From NCBI GenBank assembly GCA_047601445.1, contig JASGJH010000001.1, positions 5,984,001-6,048,000 of the forward strand: DNA of 64,000 nt, in the 5' to 3' direction. The position numbers and the translations under genes were made by a program. Below are positions 55,007 through 64,000 of the stretch, in pieces. Source of the DNA: Myxococcales bacterium (lineage in GTDB: Bacteria > Myxococcota_A > Polyangia > Polyangiales > DASUME01). The notes beneath the pieces are model-generated. The model did not search any database and was not told where the DNA came from. It saw only the letters and a list, made by a program, of their open reading frames with translations. The number at the start of each line of letters is the position of its first letter. Positions within the stretch are counted from its first letter, which is position 1.

Positions 55007-55190
55007 GTCGTCCTCCTCGGTGTCTGGAAGCTGGGAATTAATCTGCTTGTAACACACCCGATCGAGGGGCCCCTGTCCAAAAAGCGCGCTGCCTTTGAGC
55101 CGTGCGAGCTCACGGAGTACGTTGTGCGTGCGTTGTCCCGGGACATCGCGGCGGGTCTCCGGCCCGCGAGTCTTCTGCGAAAGGCCGAGC

Positions 55191-55856
55191 GTGCGAGGCG
55201 CATCAGGGATCCAGGCAAAGCGTTGGGCGGGTGTGTTGTCGGTGTGCCTCCTGGCCGTGGGCTGCGCGCGCAACATGAAGGTTCCAGAGAAGGTCGCGGG
55301 CAACCCGGTGATGAACGCGCAGCGCGAGGGCGGGCTCAAGGAGAACGAGCTGAGGCTCGGCGGTGCGGTGGCGAGTCAGATCGAGCGCAATTGGAGTCGC
55401 CCGCTGGGGCGTGGCCTGGTCTCGTTCGAGAAGGCGCCCGAGGAAACCACGCTGAAATTCGCCTTCAAGGAGGGGCAGGTGGCGCTCTCGGGGGGCTGTG
55501 TCGAGCAACTGCGGACCAACCTGATGGGGCTCAAGGATCCCAAGGTGTCGCTCGAGTGCAGCTGCAAGGACGGCGAGACGCTCAAGGGGCAGCTCAAGCT
55601 CGAGCAGTACCAGGGCAAGGCGGAGCTCGGTGGCGCGAACAGCTACCAGGTGTACGGCGTGCACACCACGACCAGCGGCAAGAAGCGGAACGAGGTGCTG
55701 GGCTACTGGTTCTTGAGCAAGGCGGGCGAGGGCGCCATCGAGCTCAAGAACGACGGGCGCGCTTGGTTGCCGCCGACCTTGAGCGCCGAAGAGCGTCCGA
55801 CCCTGTTGTGCCTGTACTCGGCGCTCCTGCTGTATCGGCCGAGCGAGGCGAGATAG
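55191..55856 (+). CDS. Hypothetical lipoprotein
   Basis: Lipobox LLAVG|C after a basic/hydrophobic leader, strongly GC3-biased codons. Start inferred. Confidence 0.75.
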   Translation: MRGASGIQAKRWAGVLSVCLLAVGCARNMKVPEKVAGNPVMNAQREGGLKENELRLGGAVASQIERNWSRPLGRGLVSFEKAPEETTLKFAFKEGQVALSGGCVEQLRTNLMGLKDPKVSLECSCKDGETLKGQLKLEQYQGKAELGGANSYQVYGVHTTTSGKKRNEVLGYWFLSKAGEGAIELKNDGRAWLPPTLSAEERPTLLCLYSALLLYRPSEAR

Positions 55857-55880
55857 AGCGGCTGCACCGAATCGCCGGCT

Positions 55881-57677
55881 TCACAGCGGCCAGACGCCGT
55901 GGCTCTGGAGTGGGGTCCACTCCGGCTCCACCGGGATGGCCACGCTGAACGTGGTGCCCTTGCCGGACTCGCTCTCGAACCACACGTCGCCGCCGTGGGC
56001 CTTCACGAGCTCGCGGGCCAGGGAGAGACCCAGGCCGAGGCCGCCGATGCGCTTGCCCGAGGGCTCCTGGATCTCGCGGAAAGCCTGGAAGAGTGCCTCC
56101 TGATCGGCCTCGCGGATGCCAGCGCCGCGGTCCACCACGTCGACGCGCAGGTGGCGCACCTGGGGGCCGGGTGGGCCGTTGGCCACGCGGGCCACGAGAC
56201 GGATGGTGCCGCGCTCCATGGCGTCGATGGCGTGGCTGAACAGGCCCACCACGGCCTGCACCACGCGATCGGCGTCCACATAGACCGCAGGCAAGCCGGG
56301 CTGGATGTCGGCTTCGATCTCGAGCGGGCGATCTTCGATCATGCGGCGGCCGTCGCTGACCGCCTGGTTGAGGATATCGGCGGCCGGGGTCAGGCGTCGA
56401 CGCAGGGCGAGGCGGCCGGCTTCGAGGCGCGCCGAGTCGAGGATGTTGGTCACCAGGCGCAGCAGGTCGCGGGCGCTGCGCGTGATCATTTGAATGCTCT
56501 CGCGTTGTTCGGGTGTGACCGGGCCCTCCGTACCGCTCGAGATCAGCACCGCGAAGCCCAGGATGGAGTTGAGTGGACTGCGCAGGTCGTGGCTCATGGA
56601 CGCCAGGAATTGTGTGCGCAGGCGCTGGACCTGCTCCATGGCGAGGCGACCCTCGCGCTCTTTCTGACGCATCTCGTCGAAGCGCTGCGCGAGCTCGGAG
56701 AGCGAGGCTGCCAGGCGCTGCCCCGCTTGCGTGTGGGCGATGCGCGCAAAGGCGGTGACCTCTTGCTGGATCGGCGCGTCGCTGGTGTGCATGCGCTGGA
56801 TCTGGGCGGTCAGCGCGCGCAGGTCGCGCGCGAGCTGTTCGCCCAGGCGGCGCGCGATGATCCAGGCCACCACCACGCCCGCCACGATGAGCAGCAGGGC
56901 GAAGATGCCCGCCACGAGATCGAGCGCGAGGGAGAGGTCTCCAACCTGGAGGTTCGGGGCCACGCGCGTACGCAGCGCCACCAGGTGCGAAGCCAGGACC
57001 ACCACCGCCGAGATGCCGACCACGGCCACCGGCAGGGTCAAGGTGATGGCGAGGCGATAGCTCAGGTGCTGACGGACCTCGAGCGTGATGTCGTTGGGGT
57101 GCAGGCGGCCCAGCCAGCGCCACACGATGCTGCGATACAGCACGATACAGGGCATCAAGCCGGCGGTGGCCACGGCGATGGAGAGCAGGTCGGCGGACCA
57201 GCGCGACCAGCCGTCGAGGCCGGAGATGGAGACCACGCCCAGGGCATCGAGCACCGGCACCAGCTGCGTGCAGGCGGTGTTGAGCAACACGCCGCGCTCG
57301 GGCCAGTGGAAGGCCTTGGCGATCACGCGTGGATCGGGCCGCGGCCCTTCTGGCAAGTCGCGCGGTCCCCGCAGGAGCATGAGGTAGAGCGGGCGCATGC
57401 CGCGGACCCCGCGCAGGATCACCAGCGAGAGCACCACGCCGCCGACCAAGCCCTGCACCAGCGACAGCCGCAGCATGGCCTGCGCCTCCACGCCCGGCAG
57501 CGCCAACACGAAGGCCGCGCCGAGCAGCGTGAACAGACCGAGCGTCGCGCCCACGGCGCAGGTGGCCAGGCCGAGCAGCAGGATCATGCGGCCCGGGGAG
57601 GTGGGCAGCGTCTCGAGCGACGGCACGATACTCAGGCCTCTACGTTGCGAGGCGCGTTGCGACGGAAGGCCGTCCAT
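55881..57677 (-). CDS. Multi-TM sensor histidine kinase
   Basis: About 6 TM segments, FLASMSHDLRSPLNSILGF, GLGLGLSLARELV. ATG overlaps the upstream stop. Confidence 0.92.
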   Translation of the reverse strand: MDGLPSQRASQRRGLSIVPSLETLPTSPGRMILLLGLATCAVGATLGLFTLLGAAFVLALPGVEAQAMLRLSLVQGLVGGVVLSLVILRGVRGMRPLYLMLLRGPRDLPEGPRPDPRVIAKAFHWPERGVLLNTACTQLVPVLDALGVVSISGLDGWSRWSADLLSIAVATAGLMPCIVLYRSIVWRWLGRLHPNDITLEVRQHLSYRLAITLTLPVAVVGISAVVVLASHLVALRTRVAPNLQVGDLSLALDLVAGIFALLLIVAGVVVAWIIARRLGEQLARDLRALTAQIQRMHTSDAPIQQEVTAFARIAHTQAGQRLAASLSELAQRFDEMRQKEREGRLAMEQVQRLRTQFLASMSHDLRSPLNSILGFAVLISSGTEGPVTPEQRESIQMITRSARDLLRLVTNILDSARLEAGRLALRRRLTPAADILNQAVSDGRRMIEDRPLEIEADIQPGLPAVYVDADRVVQAVVGLFSHAIDAMERGTIRLVARVANGPPGPQVRHLRVDVVDRGAGIREADQEALFQAFREIQEPSGKRIGGLGLGLSLARELVKAHGGDVWFESESGKGTTFSVAIPVEPEWTPLQSHGVWPL

Positions 57678-58834
57678 CAGAGCGCCCCCTGACCGTGGGC
57701 CGGGGTTGGCTCCATGCGCACGGTGGGCACCGGCAGCATCACGTTGAACGTCGAACCGCGCTCGAGTTCGCTCTCCACCTCGACCCGGCCCCCGTGCAGG
57801 TTCACCAGCTCGCGCACGATACTCAGACCGAGTCCGGAGCCCCGCCGCGAGAGCTCGGAGGTGCCCACCTGCGTGAACTCCTCGAACAACAGCGGCAGGT
57901 CCTCCGCCGCGATGCCCACACCCGTGTCGCGCACGCCGATGTTCACCTCGCGTCCGTTGAAGCGGGCGAACAGGCGAACCTCGCCGCGCGCCGTGAATTT
58001 CAGGGCATTGGTGCCTAGATTCATCACGATCTGCCGCAGGCGCACGGGGTCGGCTTCGAGCTCGGGCATGAAGTCGGGACAATCCACCACGATGGCCACC
58101 GGCTTGCCCTGACGCTGTCCCTCGAGGATCGACGCGACTTCGTCGAGCACCTGGCGCACCTCCACCGTCTCGACATTGAGCTGGATGCGACCCGAGGCCA
58201 GCGCGGACATGTCGAGCACGTTGTTGAACAAGGCGAGCAGATGCTCACCCGAGGCGCGGATCATGCGCAGATCCTCGCGCTGGCCCTCGGTCAACGGCCC
58301 CTCGATCTCGGCCAGCAACACCTCCGTGAAGCCGAGCAGCGCGTTGAGCGGGGTGCGCAATTCGTGGCTCACGGTGGTGAGGAACTCGCCCTTGTAGCGG
58401 TCGGCCTCCTGGGCCTGACGGTGGGCAGCGCGCTCGCGCATGAGCTGCTCCACGTAGCCTCGTCGCAGTTGCTCGAAGGCTCGCGTCAGCGCGCCCACTT
58501 CGTCGAGGCTGCGGATAGCCACCGGTTCACCGAGGTCGCCTTGCTCGGCCACCGCGCGTACGCGGCGACTCACGAAGTGCGCGTCGCCCGAGACGTCGCG
58601 CGCGCTCAACCAGGCGGCGAGCACCGAGAGCGCCAGGAAGACGGCGCCGATGAGGGCCAGCGATGCCAGGAATGCACTGCGGGCCTCGTCGACGCGCCCG
58701 ATCTGCGCCAGCGCCTCCGGGATCGCTGCGAAGCGCAGGACTCCGAGCAGGGCGGTGGCGAGCAGCATCAACAGGCCGGCCCCGAGCACCACCATCACAC
58801 TGACGAACGAGAGGTGGGGTGTGCGCTCTTTCAT
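57677..58834 (-). CDS. 2-TM HAMP sensor histidine kinase
   Basis: HAMP (DEVGALTRAFEQL), FLTTVSHELRTPLN, NLGTNALKFT, GSGLGLSIV. Confidence 0.94.
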   Translation of the reverse strand: MKERTPHLSFVSVMVVLGAGLLMLLATALLGVLRFAAIPEALAQIGRVDEARSAFLASLALIGAVFLALSVLAAWLSARDVSGDAHFVSRRVRAVAEQGDLGEPVAIRSLDEVGALTRAFEQLRRGYVEQLMRERAAHRQAQEADRYKGEFLTTVSHELRTPLNALLGFTEVLLAEIEGPLTEGQREDLRMIRASGEHLLALFNNVLDMSALASGRIQLNVETVEVRQVLDEVASILEGQRQGKPVAIVVDCPDFMPELEADPVRLRQIVMNLGTNALKFTARGEVRLFARFNGREVNIGVRDTGVGIAAEDLPLLFEEFTQVGTSELSRRGSGLGLSIVRELVNLHGGRVEVESELERGSTFNVMLPVPTVRMEPTPAHGQGAL

Positions 58835-58837
58835 GGA

Positions 58838-61800
58838 CTACGGAGCACACTCACCGAGCACCACGAAGCGCCCGGCGCCTCGCTCGTGATCGGGCTCGAG
58901 GACGGCAAGATCGAGGTGACCATCGCCGTCGACATCGCCGATCCACTGGCCCTGTCGGCGGTAGGGTGCCTCGGCGGGAGCGTCACTCGTCGGCAGGTTG
59001 TCGTCACCCAGGGCGATGGCGCGCGACGAACGCGGACGGCTGCCCGAGTAGGGCGCGAGCTGTTGGAACAGATCCACGCTGCCATGGGGGCCCGCCTCGC
59101 CCTGGGCCGACACGAGCAGATCGGCTCGGCCGTCTGCGTCGAGGTCGCCGAGCTGGCCGAGCTCGGGATGGGCGCCGCTCGCCACGTCGTAGCCGAAGCC
59201 GTCGGCGCTGCCGCCGGCCAGGTCGTTGAGTACGCTGAACGCCGTTACCAGGCCTTCGCCGCTGCGCCGATACAGCTGGACCGAGCCTGCGCCCGCGCCA
59301 TGGCCCCAGGCGAGCTCCGCTTGGCCGTCGCCGTCGAGGTCGCCCACCAGCGCAAGGTTCCCTGGGGTGACCGGCGCGCCGGGTTGCTGAAGCAAGCTGA
59401 GCTCGCTGCTCGCGACGCTGACCAGCTGGTCCTCGCGCGCATAGGCGCGTCCCGCGGAGAGCCAGAGCGCGGGTGCACCCTGAGAGCCCGCGTGCGCCAG
59501 GAACAGGGCACCGGGCCAGGCGCCCGCGATGAGGTCTACCGAGCGTTCGGTTTGCACTCGAAAGCCGCGCGCCGCGCTGCTGGAACCGCTGCCACAAGCG
59601 TCGGGGGCAGGGCCGCCCAGGCGCGCGTCCAAACACGAGCCCGCGCCGCTCGCGCCCAACTCGGGAATCGGCTCGAAGCCCCCGTCTCCCAGCAACACCA
59701 GAGCCCCCGCGGCATCGGCGGCGGCCAAATCCGGCAGCGCGTCGAGATCGTAGCGCGCGCTCGCCAGTGCCGCGCCGAGGCCCACGGAGCCGACGACGCA
59801 CAGGTCGGCACTGCACCCGCCCGCGTCGAGCGCGCGGTTCCCGGCAGGAAACTCTCGGCGTCCGAGCACCACGAACAAGCGTCCGCTCAGGGGCGCCGAA
59901 ATCGCGAAGTCGTTGAGGCCGAAGGCGTCACCGTCGAAATTGCCGAGCGCCACCACAGCCGTTCCGAGCTCGTAGCTGTCCGTGGTCTCGAATACGCTGT
60001 GGGCGTTCGCCGCGAGTCCGTGTGCGCTGCCGAGGTAGAGCGCTGCCGCCCCCAAGTTGCGCGGCGCCGCGCGCGACACCACCACGTCGTCGAAGCCGTC
60101 CCCATTCACGTCGCCGACCGCGGTCATGGTCAGCCCTGCGGGCTCTTCGTGTGCGCTGTCGTCGAGCTCACTCGGGAGCGGCACGCCGCGCGCCGTCAGG
60201 GCTGGTTGCTCGAACAGGTGGCTCGTACCGAGTGGCGTGTAGGCACCGACCCGGTCGTAGCCGCGCACACTGCAGTAGTGGCGCGCCCCCGGCAGCCAGG
60301 CGGGCAACGTCCACGTGAGCGCTCCGGGGGCCGAGTTGGTTCCACTTGCTCCACTAGCTGTGGAGGCCTCGTGCAGCGCACCGGGGACTGGCTGAGCTGC
60401 TTTCCAGGCAGCTTCGGAGTCGATACTGGTGCTGCTGCAGCGCAGCTCGAAACTCAAAGGGTCGTCTTCGCTCGCGCTCACCCCAAAGTTCAAGCTACTC
60501 GGCTCCCGGCAGCTGGTCGCGAGCGCGCTCGACACGAGGGCGCTCGTGGGCGCCAGGGTGTCCACCCCGAAGCGGCGCTCCGCCGCTCCGTACAGACCGT
60601 TGGTCGCAGCGCTGGCTGCATCGACCTCGATCCTCAGGCGCAGTGCCCCCTCTTGCGTGCGCACGCAGGCCACGACACGGCCCTGCCCGTTGACGCTGGT
60701 GGGCACCTCGTCCACCAGCGCTCCTGCGACGTCGTACACACGCACGCGCGCGGCGCGACCCACCGCCGCGTTGGTCACCCCGGCGATGACGGGAACCTGC
60801 AGGCCGGCCACACCACTGCAGTCGACGTCGCTCGGTGCGGTCCCGTGATAGGCCACGCCCGCCGCGCTGTGATCGACGCTGTAGACCACCTGGTCATCCG
60901 CCGGCGTCAGGATCGTCACCGCGGGCACGTCGCCCACCAGCAAGTCGCAGGGCGCGCTGCAGGCTGCGTTACCGCTCTCGTCACTGGCGCAGGCTTGGGC
61001 CTCGATCAATCCCGTCGGCAAGGTCAGCCCGGCGAACACGGTCTCAGGGCCGTCGTGCGTCTCGCTGTTGAAGGGCGAACCCGCGAGCGGACCCGCGCTG
61101 GTGCTCAGGCTCAAGCTGACCGCGGGCTTGGGGTTCGGCATGTTGCTCACGCGAAGCGTCTTCTGCAGACCGGCCTTGCCCGCGTCCTCGTCCATGTCGG
61201 AGGTGACGGCCGATAGCCCGCAGCTGAAGTTCGAGAAGCTCAGGTGCGGCGGCTCGCAATCCGCCCAGACCTCGAGCGGCGTGGACTTTCCGATCAGGCC
61301 CTTGTCGCTCGTGGTGCGGGCCGCCACCTGGTAGCTGGTGCCGTCGTTCTGCGACGGGAAGGGCACGCTCGCGAAGCTCGCGCGATGCCCGACGCAGGTG
61401 GTCTCGGCGAGCACCACGTTGTCCGGCATCCGTACCAAGCTCACCGTCTTCCCATCGAGCGCGCAAGTCACAGCGACCGCCTGATCGCAGGCCGGGGTGC
61501 TCGGGTCGGCGTCCGCCACGTGCGTCGCGTCGCCCGCTCGATTGAGCATCAAAGGTCCGTTGGGACTCTGGATACTCAGGCTCGGCCCCTTGTTCTCGAA
61601 GGTCACGGGCACCGATACCACGCTCTGGTTGTCGCTGGAGTCCTTGGTGCCCACGCACAGGAATCGTGGGCCGTTCTTGCTCAGCGTGAGCGTGGAGGAG
61701 AAGGTGGTCTGCCCGAGCGTGACCGCTTGATAGGGCGCGGCCGAGAGCTGCGCGCAGTCCGGCGTGTCCGAGTCCGCGAAGCGAGCGCTGGCGCAATCGC

Positions 61801-62950
61801 TGCCGAGGGCCGCCGTGATGGGGATCGTGAGCGACTGGCCGTCCTCCGCCGCCACGAACGTGGTGCCCGAGGCAGGACTCGTCAGGCTCACGCTGCAGCC
61901 GCTAGTGTCCACGGTGATCACCCGCTGGCTTCGGGTGGTGGCACCGGCTTCGTCGCGGCAAATCGCCATCACGCGCGCCGATCCGTCGGGCAAGGCCACG
62001 CCCTCGAAGCGAGCCACCGTGCTGCCGGGCGCGATCATGGCGGTGACCACGTTCTGCTCATCACCGTTGATCAAGAGCTGCACCGGATGGCTCGCGCCGT
62101 CGGCGTCGGTCTGCACCTCGATGTCGAGGTTGAGCCCTGGAATCTCGCCGTCATCGATGTCGTCGGCGGAGGTGTACGTGCGTTCCTCGAAGGGATTCAG
62201 CGCACACGAAGGTCCATTGCAGTCGAGCATCACGTCGGCCGGGAAGGGCACCGCGGCGCAGTGATTGTCTTCCACCAACAGCGCCAGTTTGAACGCCTCG
62301 TTGCGCAGCTCGATGGGCACGTCGGCGATCTGCAGTGTGCCCCCGCGCGTCACGCCGCTGGCCACGCGGCCGCCCTTCACCAACACCGAGACACGCGTGC
62401 CGTCGCGCAGACCCGTGGCCGCGAGCAACGGGATCGTGTAGCTCTCCCCGCAGCTCTCGCCCGCGCGAGGACCCAGCAGCAAGGGCTCACCGAGGGCCGG
62501 CGGCGCCGGATCCAGGAACGTGATGGAGCCGCAGGGGTCCTCGAAATAGAGCGTGATCACCGGCGACATGCGGCCGCTGCGCGCGTCCCGTGCGGCCAGC
62601 CGGTTGGCTCCGGGAAACAAGGTGACCGAGGGGAAGGTGGCTGCGCTGCCGCTCGTGGGCATGCGCGTGATCACCTCCGGGGCGCCACCCGAGAGTCGCA
62701 GCAGCTCGATGGGCACGCCGTCGTCCACCGTCTCCACGCGCACCTGGATCTGCATCCCGGCGGTGTAGGTGTCGACGTCGTCGGCGTCGCTGAAGGTCTG
62801 GTCGCTCGCTGGCGACACGATGCGCAGAGCGTACGGGTCTTCCTCGGCGAGATCGCAAGCGGGGACGCAGCTCACCAGGGCCAAGAGGCAGGCCCAGCGC
62901 GCTCCGTGTCTGGCTTCCGGGCCCACCAGCGCCCGTCGACTTCGCCCCAT
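58838..62950 (-). CDS. Large Cys-rich surface lipoprotein with Ig-like repeats and FG-GAP (integrin-like) repeats
   Basis: Lipobox-like VSCVPA|C, repeated I/L-x-SP beta-sandwich starts, C-terminal GDVNGDGFDD, GDLDGDGQAE, GDLDADGRAD and GDVDGDGHLD repeats. Confidence 0.85.
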   Translation of the reverse strand: MGRSRRALVGPEARHGARWACLLALVSCVPACDLAEEDPYALRIVSPASDQTFSDADDVDTYTAGMQIQVRVETVDDGVPIELLRLSGGAPEVITRMPTSGSAATFPSVTLFPGANRLAARDARSGRMSPVITLYFEDPCGSITFLDPAPPALGEPLLLGPRAGESCGESYTIPLLAATGLRDGTRVSVLVKGGRVASGVTRGGTLQIADVPIELRNEAFKLALLVEDNHCAAVPFPADVMLDCNGPSCALNPFEERTYTSADDIDDGEIPGLNLDIEVQTDADGASHPVQLLINGDEQNVVTAMIAPGSTVARFEGVALPDGSARVMAICRDEAGATTRSQRVITVDTSGCSVSLTSPASGTTFVAAEDGQSLTIPITAALGSDCASARFADSDTPDCAQLSAAPYQAVTLGQTTFSSTLTLSKNGPRFLCVGTKDSSDNQSVVSVPVTFENKGPSLSIQSPNGPLMLNRAGDATHVADADPSTPACDQAVAVTCALDGKTVSLVRMPDNVVLAETTCVGHRASFASVPFPSQNDGTSYQVAARTTSDKGLIGKSTPLEVWADCEPPHLSFSNFSCGLSAVTSDMDEDAGKAGLQKTLRVSNMPNPKPAVSLSLSTSAGPLAGSPFNSETHDGPETVFAGLTLPTGLIEAQACASDESGNAACSAPCDLLVGDVPAVTILTPADDQVVYSVDHSAAGVAYHGTAPSDVDCSGVAGLQVPVIAGVTNAAVGRAARVRVYDVAGALVDEVPTSVNGQGRVVACVRTQEGALRLRIEVDAASAATNGLYGAAERRFGVDTLAPTSALVSSALATSCREPSSLNFGVSASEDDPLSFELRCSSTSIDSEAAWKAAQPVPGALHEASTASGASGTNSAPGALTWTLPAWLPGARHYCSVRGYDRVGAYTPLGTSHLFEQPALTARGVPLPSELDDSAHEEPAGLTMTAVGDVNGDGFDDVVVSRAAPRNLGAAALYLGSAHGLAANAHSVFETTDSYELGTAVVALGNFDGDAFGLNDFAISAPLSGRLFVVLGRREFPAGNRALDAGGCSADLCVVGSVGLGAALASARYDLDALPDLAAADAAGALVLLGDGGFEPIPELGASGAGSCLDARLGGPAPDACGSGSSSAARGFRVQTERSVDLIAGAWPGALFLAHAGSQGAPALWLSAGRAYAREDQLVSVASSELSLLQQPGAPVTPGNLALVGDLDGDGQAELAWGHGAGAGSVQLYRRSGEGLVTAFSVLNDLAGGSADGFGYDVASGAHPELGQLGDLDADGRADLLVSAQGEAGPHGSVDLFQQLAPYSGSRPRSSRAIALGDDNLPTSDAPAEAPYRRQGQWIGDVDGDGHLDLAVLEPDHERGAGRFVVLGECAP

Positions 62951-62969
62951 CAGCTCACTCGATTCTCGC

Positions 62970-64000
62970 TCACACCAGGATTTCGGCGTCGGCCGCCAGC
63001 GACTCTTCGGCGGAGACCGCCCGGATCTCGTCGTCGCGTCGCGTGGCCAGCTCGTACAGCTCGACCAGCAGGCCAGGGTAGGTGCGCATCAACGTCTTGA
63101 GGCTCTCGCGCGTCAGTTCGTAGGCCACCGTCGGGTACATCGCGAGCACGTCCGCCGTGGCGTCGCGCCGTAAAATCAGCGAGATCTCGCCCACCACGTC
63201 GCCCGCGCCCAGCGTGGCTAGCACCAGCCGGTCTTGCCCCTCCGGCACGGACACGGCCACGGCGCCGCTGGCGATGAGGTAGATGCTCTCGGCCTCCTGC
63301 TCGCGCACGATCAGGGCCTCGTTCGGCTCGAAGAAGCGCATCTCGAGCTTGCCAAGGAGCTCCGCCCGCTGGCTCATGGGCAGGCCGGAGAGCACTCGCG
63401 CGTGGCGCATCAAGTTCGCCTGCATGCGACCGCGGCAGAACAACGAGAGCTCCTTGCTCAGCTCGGGCGCTCCCTCTGCCGCACGCTCCAGCTCGGCGCG
63501 TCCGAGCACGAGCAGCTGCGTCGGCTCCAGGGCGACCACGCTGGCGCTGCGCGGCGCCGCGCTCAAGAGGGCCATCTCGCCGAACATGGCGCCCGGCCCC
63601 AGCTGGGCGAGCAGCGTCTCGTCGCCGCCCGTGCTGCGCACCACTTTGAGCACGCCGCGCGCGACCACGAAGGCTTCCTGACCCTGGTCGTCCTGGCGCA
63701 CCACGGCCTGTCCGCCCGAGATCTCCTCCACGCGAATCGCATTCAACAGGCGGCCGAGCTCCTTGGGGGGTAGGGCGGCGAACAGCGGCAGCGCCGGCAA
63801 CGGGCTGTCGGCCGGCACCGGGTCCTCGAGCTTCAGGTAGCCCTGCATCACCTCGTCGGCCTCGGCGTACAGGGCGTCGCCGGAGAGCTTGTTCAGGTCG
63901 GGCTGGACATCGATCTTGGGGAAGGGTGGCGGGCGCTGCGTGTTGTCGCCGATGCGCGGGGAGCCCTTGGCGAAGGCCTTGGCGATCTGGGCGATCAGGG
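62970..64000 (-). CDS. Tandem cyclic-nucleotide-binding domain protein (5' end outside the window)
   Basis: LPLFAAL...FGEMALLSAAPRSASV and a second domain VGEISLILRRDATADV. The frame stays open to the window end. Confidence 0.9.
   Translation of the reverse strand, partial: LIAQIAKAFAKGSPRIGDNTQRPPPFPKIDVQPDLNKLSGDALYAEADEVMQGYLKLEDPVPADSPLPALPLFAALPPKELGRLLNAIRVEEISGGQAVVRQDDQGQEAFVVARGVLKVVRSTGGDETLLAQLGPGAMFGEMALLSAAPRSASVVALEPTQLLVLGRAELERAAEGAPELSKELSLFCRGRMQANLMRHARVLSGLPMSQRAELLGKLEMRFFEPNEALIVREQEAESIYLIASGAVAVSVPEGQDRLVLATLGAGDVVGEISLILRRDATADVLAMYPTVAYELTRESLKTLMRTYPGLLVELYELATRRDDEIRAVSAEESLAADAEILV

Overview
High-GC bacterial chromosome segment. Gene content ((GD)n lipoproteins, a large FG-GAP lipoprotein, eight histidine kinases, candidate sigma54 promoters) suggests a myxobacterium (Myxococcota); this is an inference. 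Housekeeping and metabolic genes include clpB, recQ, nadB, metK, a mobA-like gene, yebC, a TetR-linked beta-oxidation operon, a P450, a fatty-acid desaturase and a DoxX/rhodanese/LysR/GST redox module. The most notable locus is 43.7-53.9 kb. It encodes a PilZ-like/SAM-methyltransferase resembling the Ralstonia quorum-signal synthase PhcB, a putative di-metal enzyme and a multi-TM double-kinase sensor (PhcS-like), with a divergent receiver-kinase (PhcR-like), beside fabG, an acyltransferase and an enone reductase. I read this as a candidate fatty-acid-methyl-ester cell-cell signalling system. Other points: a ~95-bp inverted-repeat element with a CTCGAG-rich core, a candidate three-stem-loop sRNA, an LDH/MDH-ACT fusion, a frameshifted TetR and a 32-aa basic protein. 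No rRNA, tRNA, CRISPR array or transposase was recognised. All family calls come from motif recognition by eye, not from database searches.
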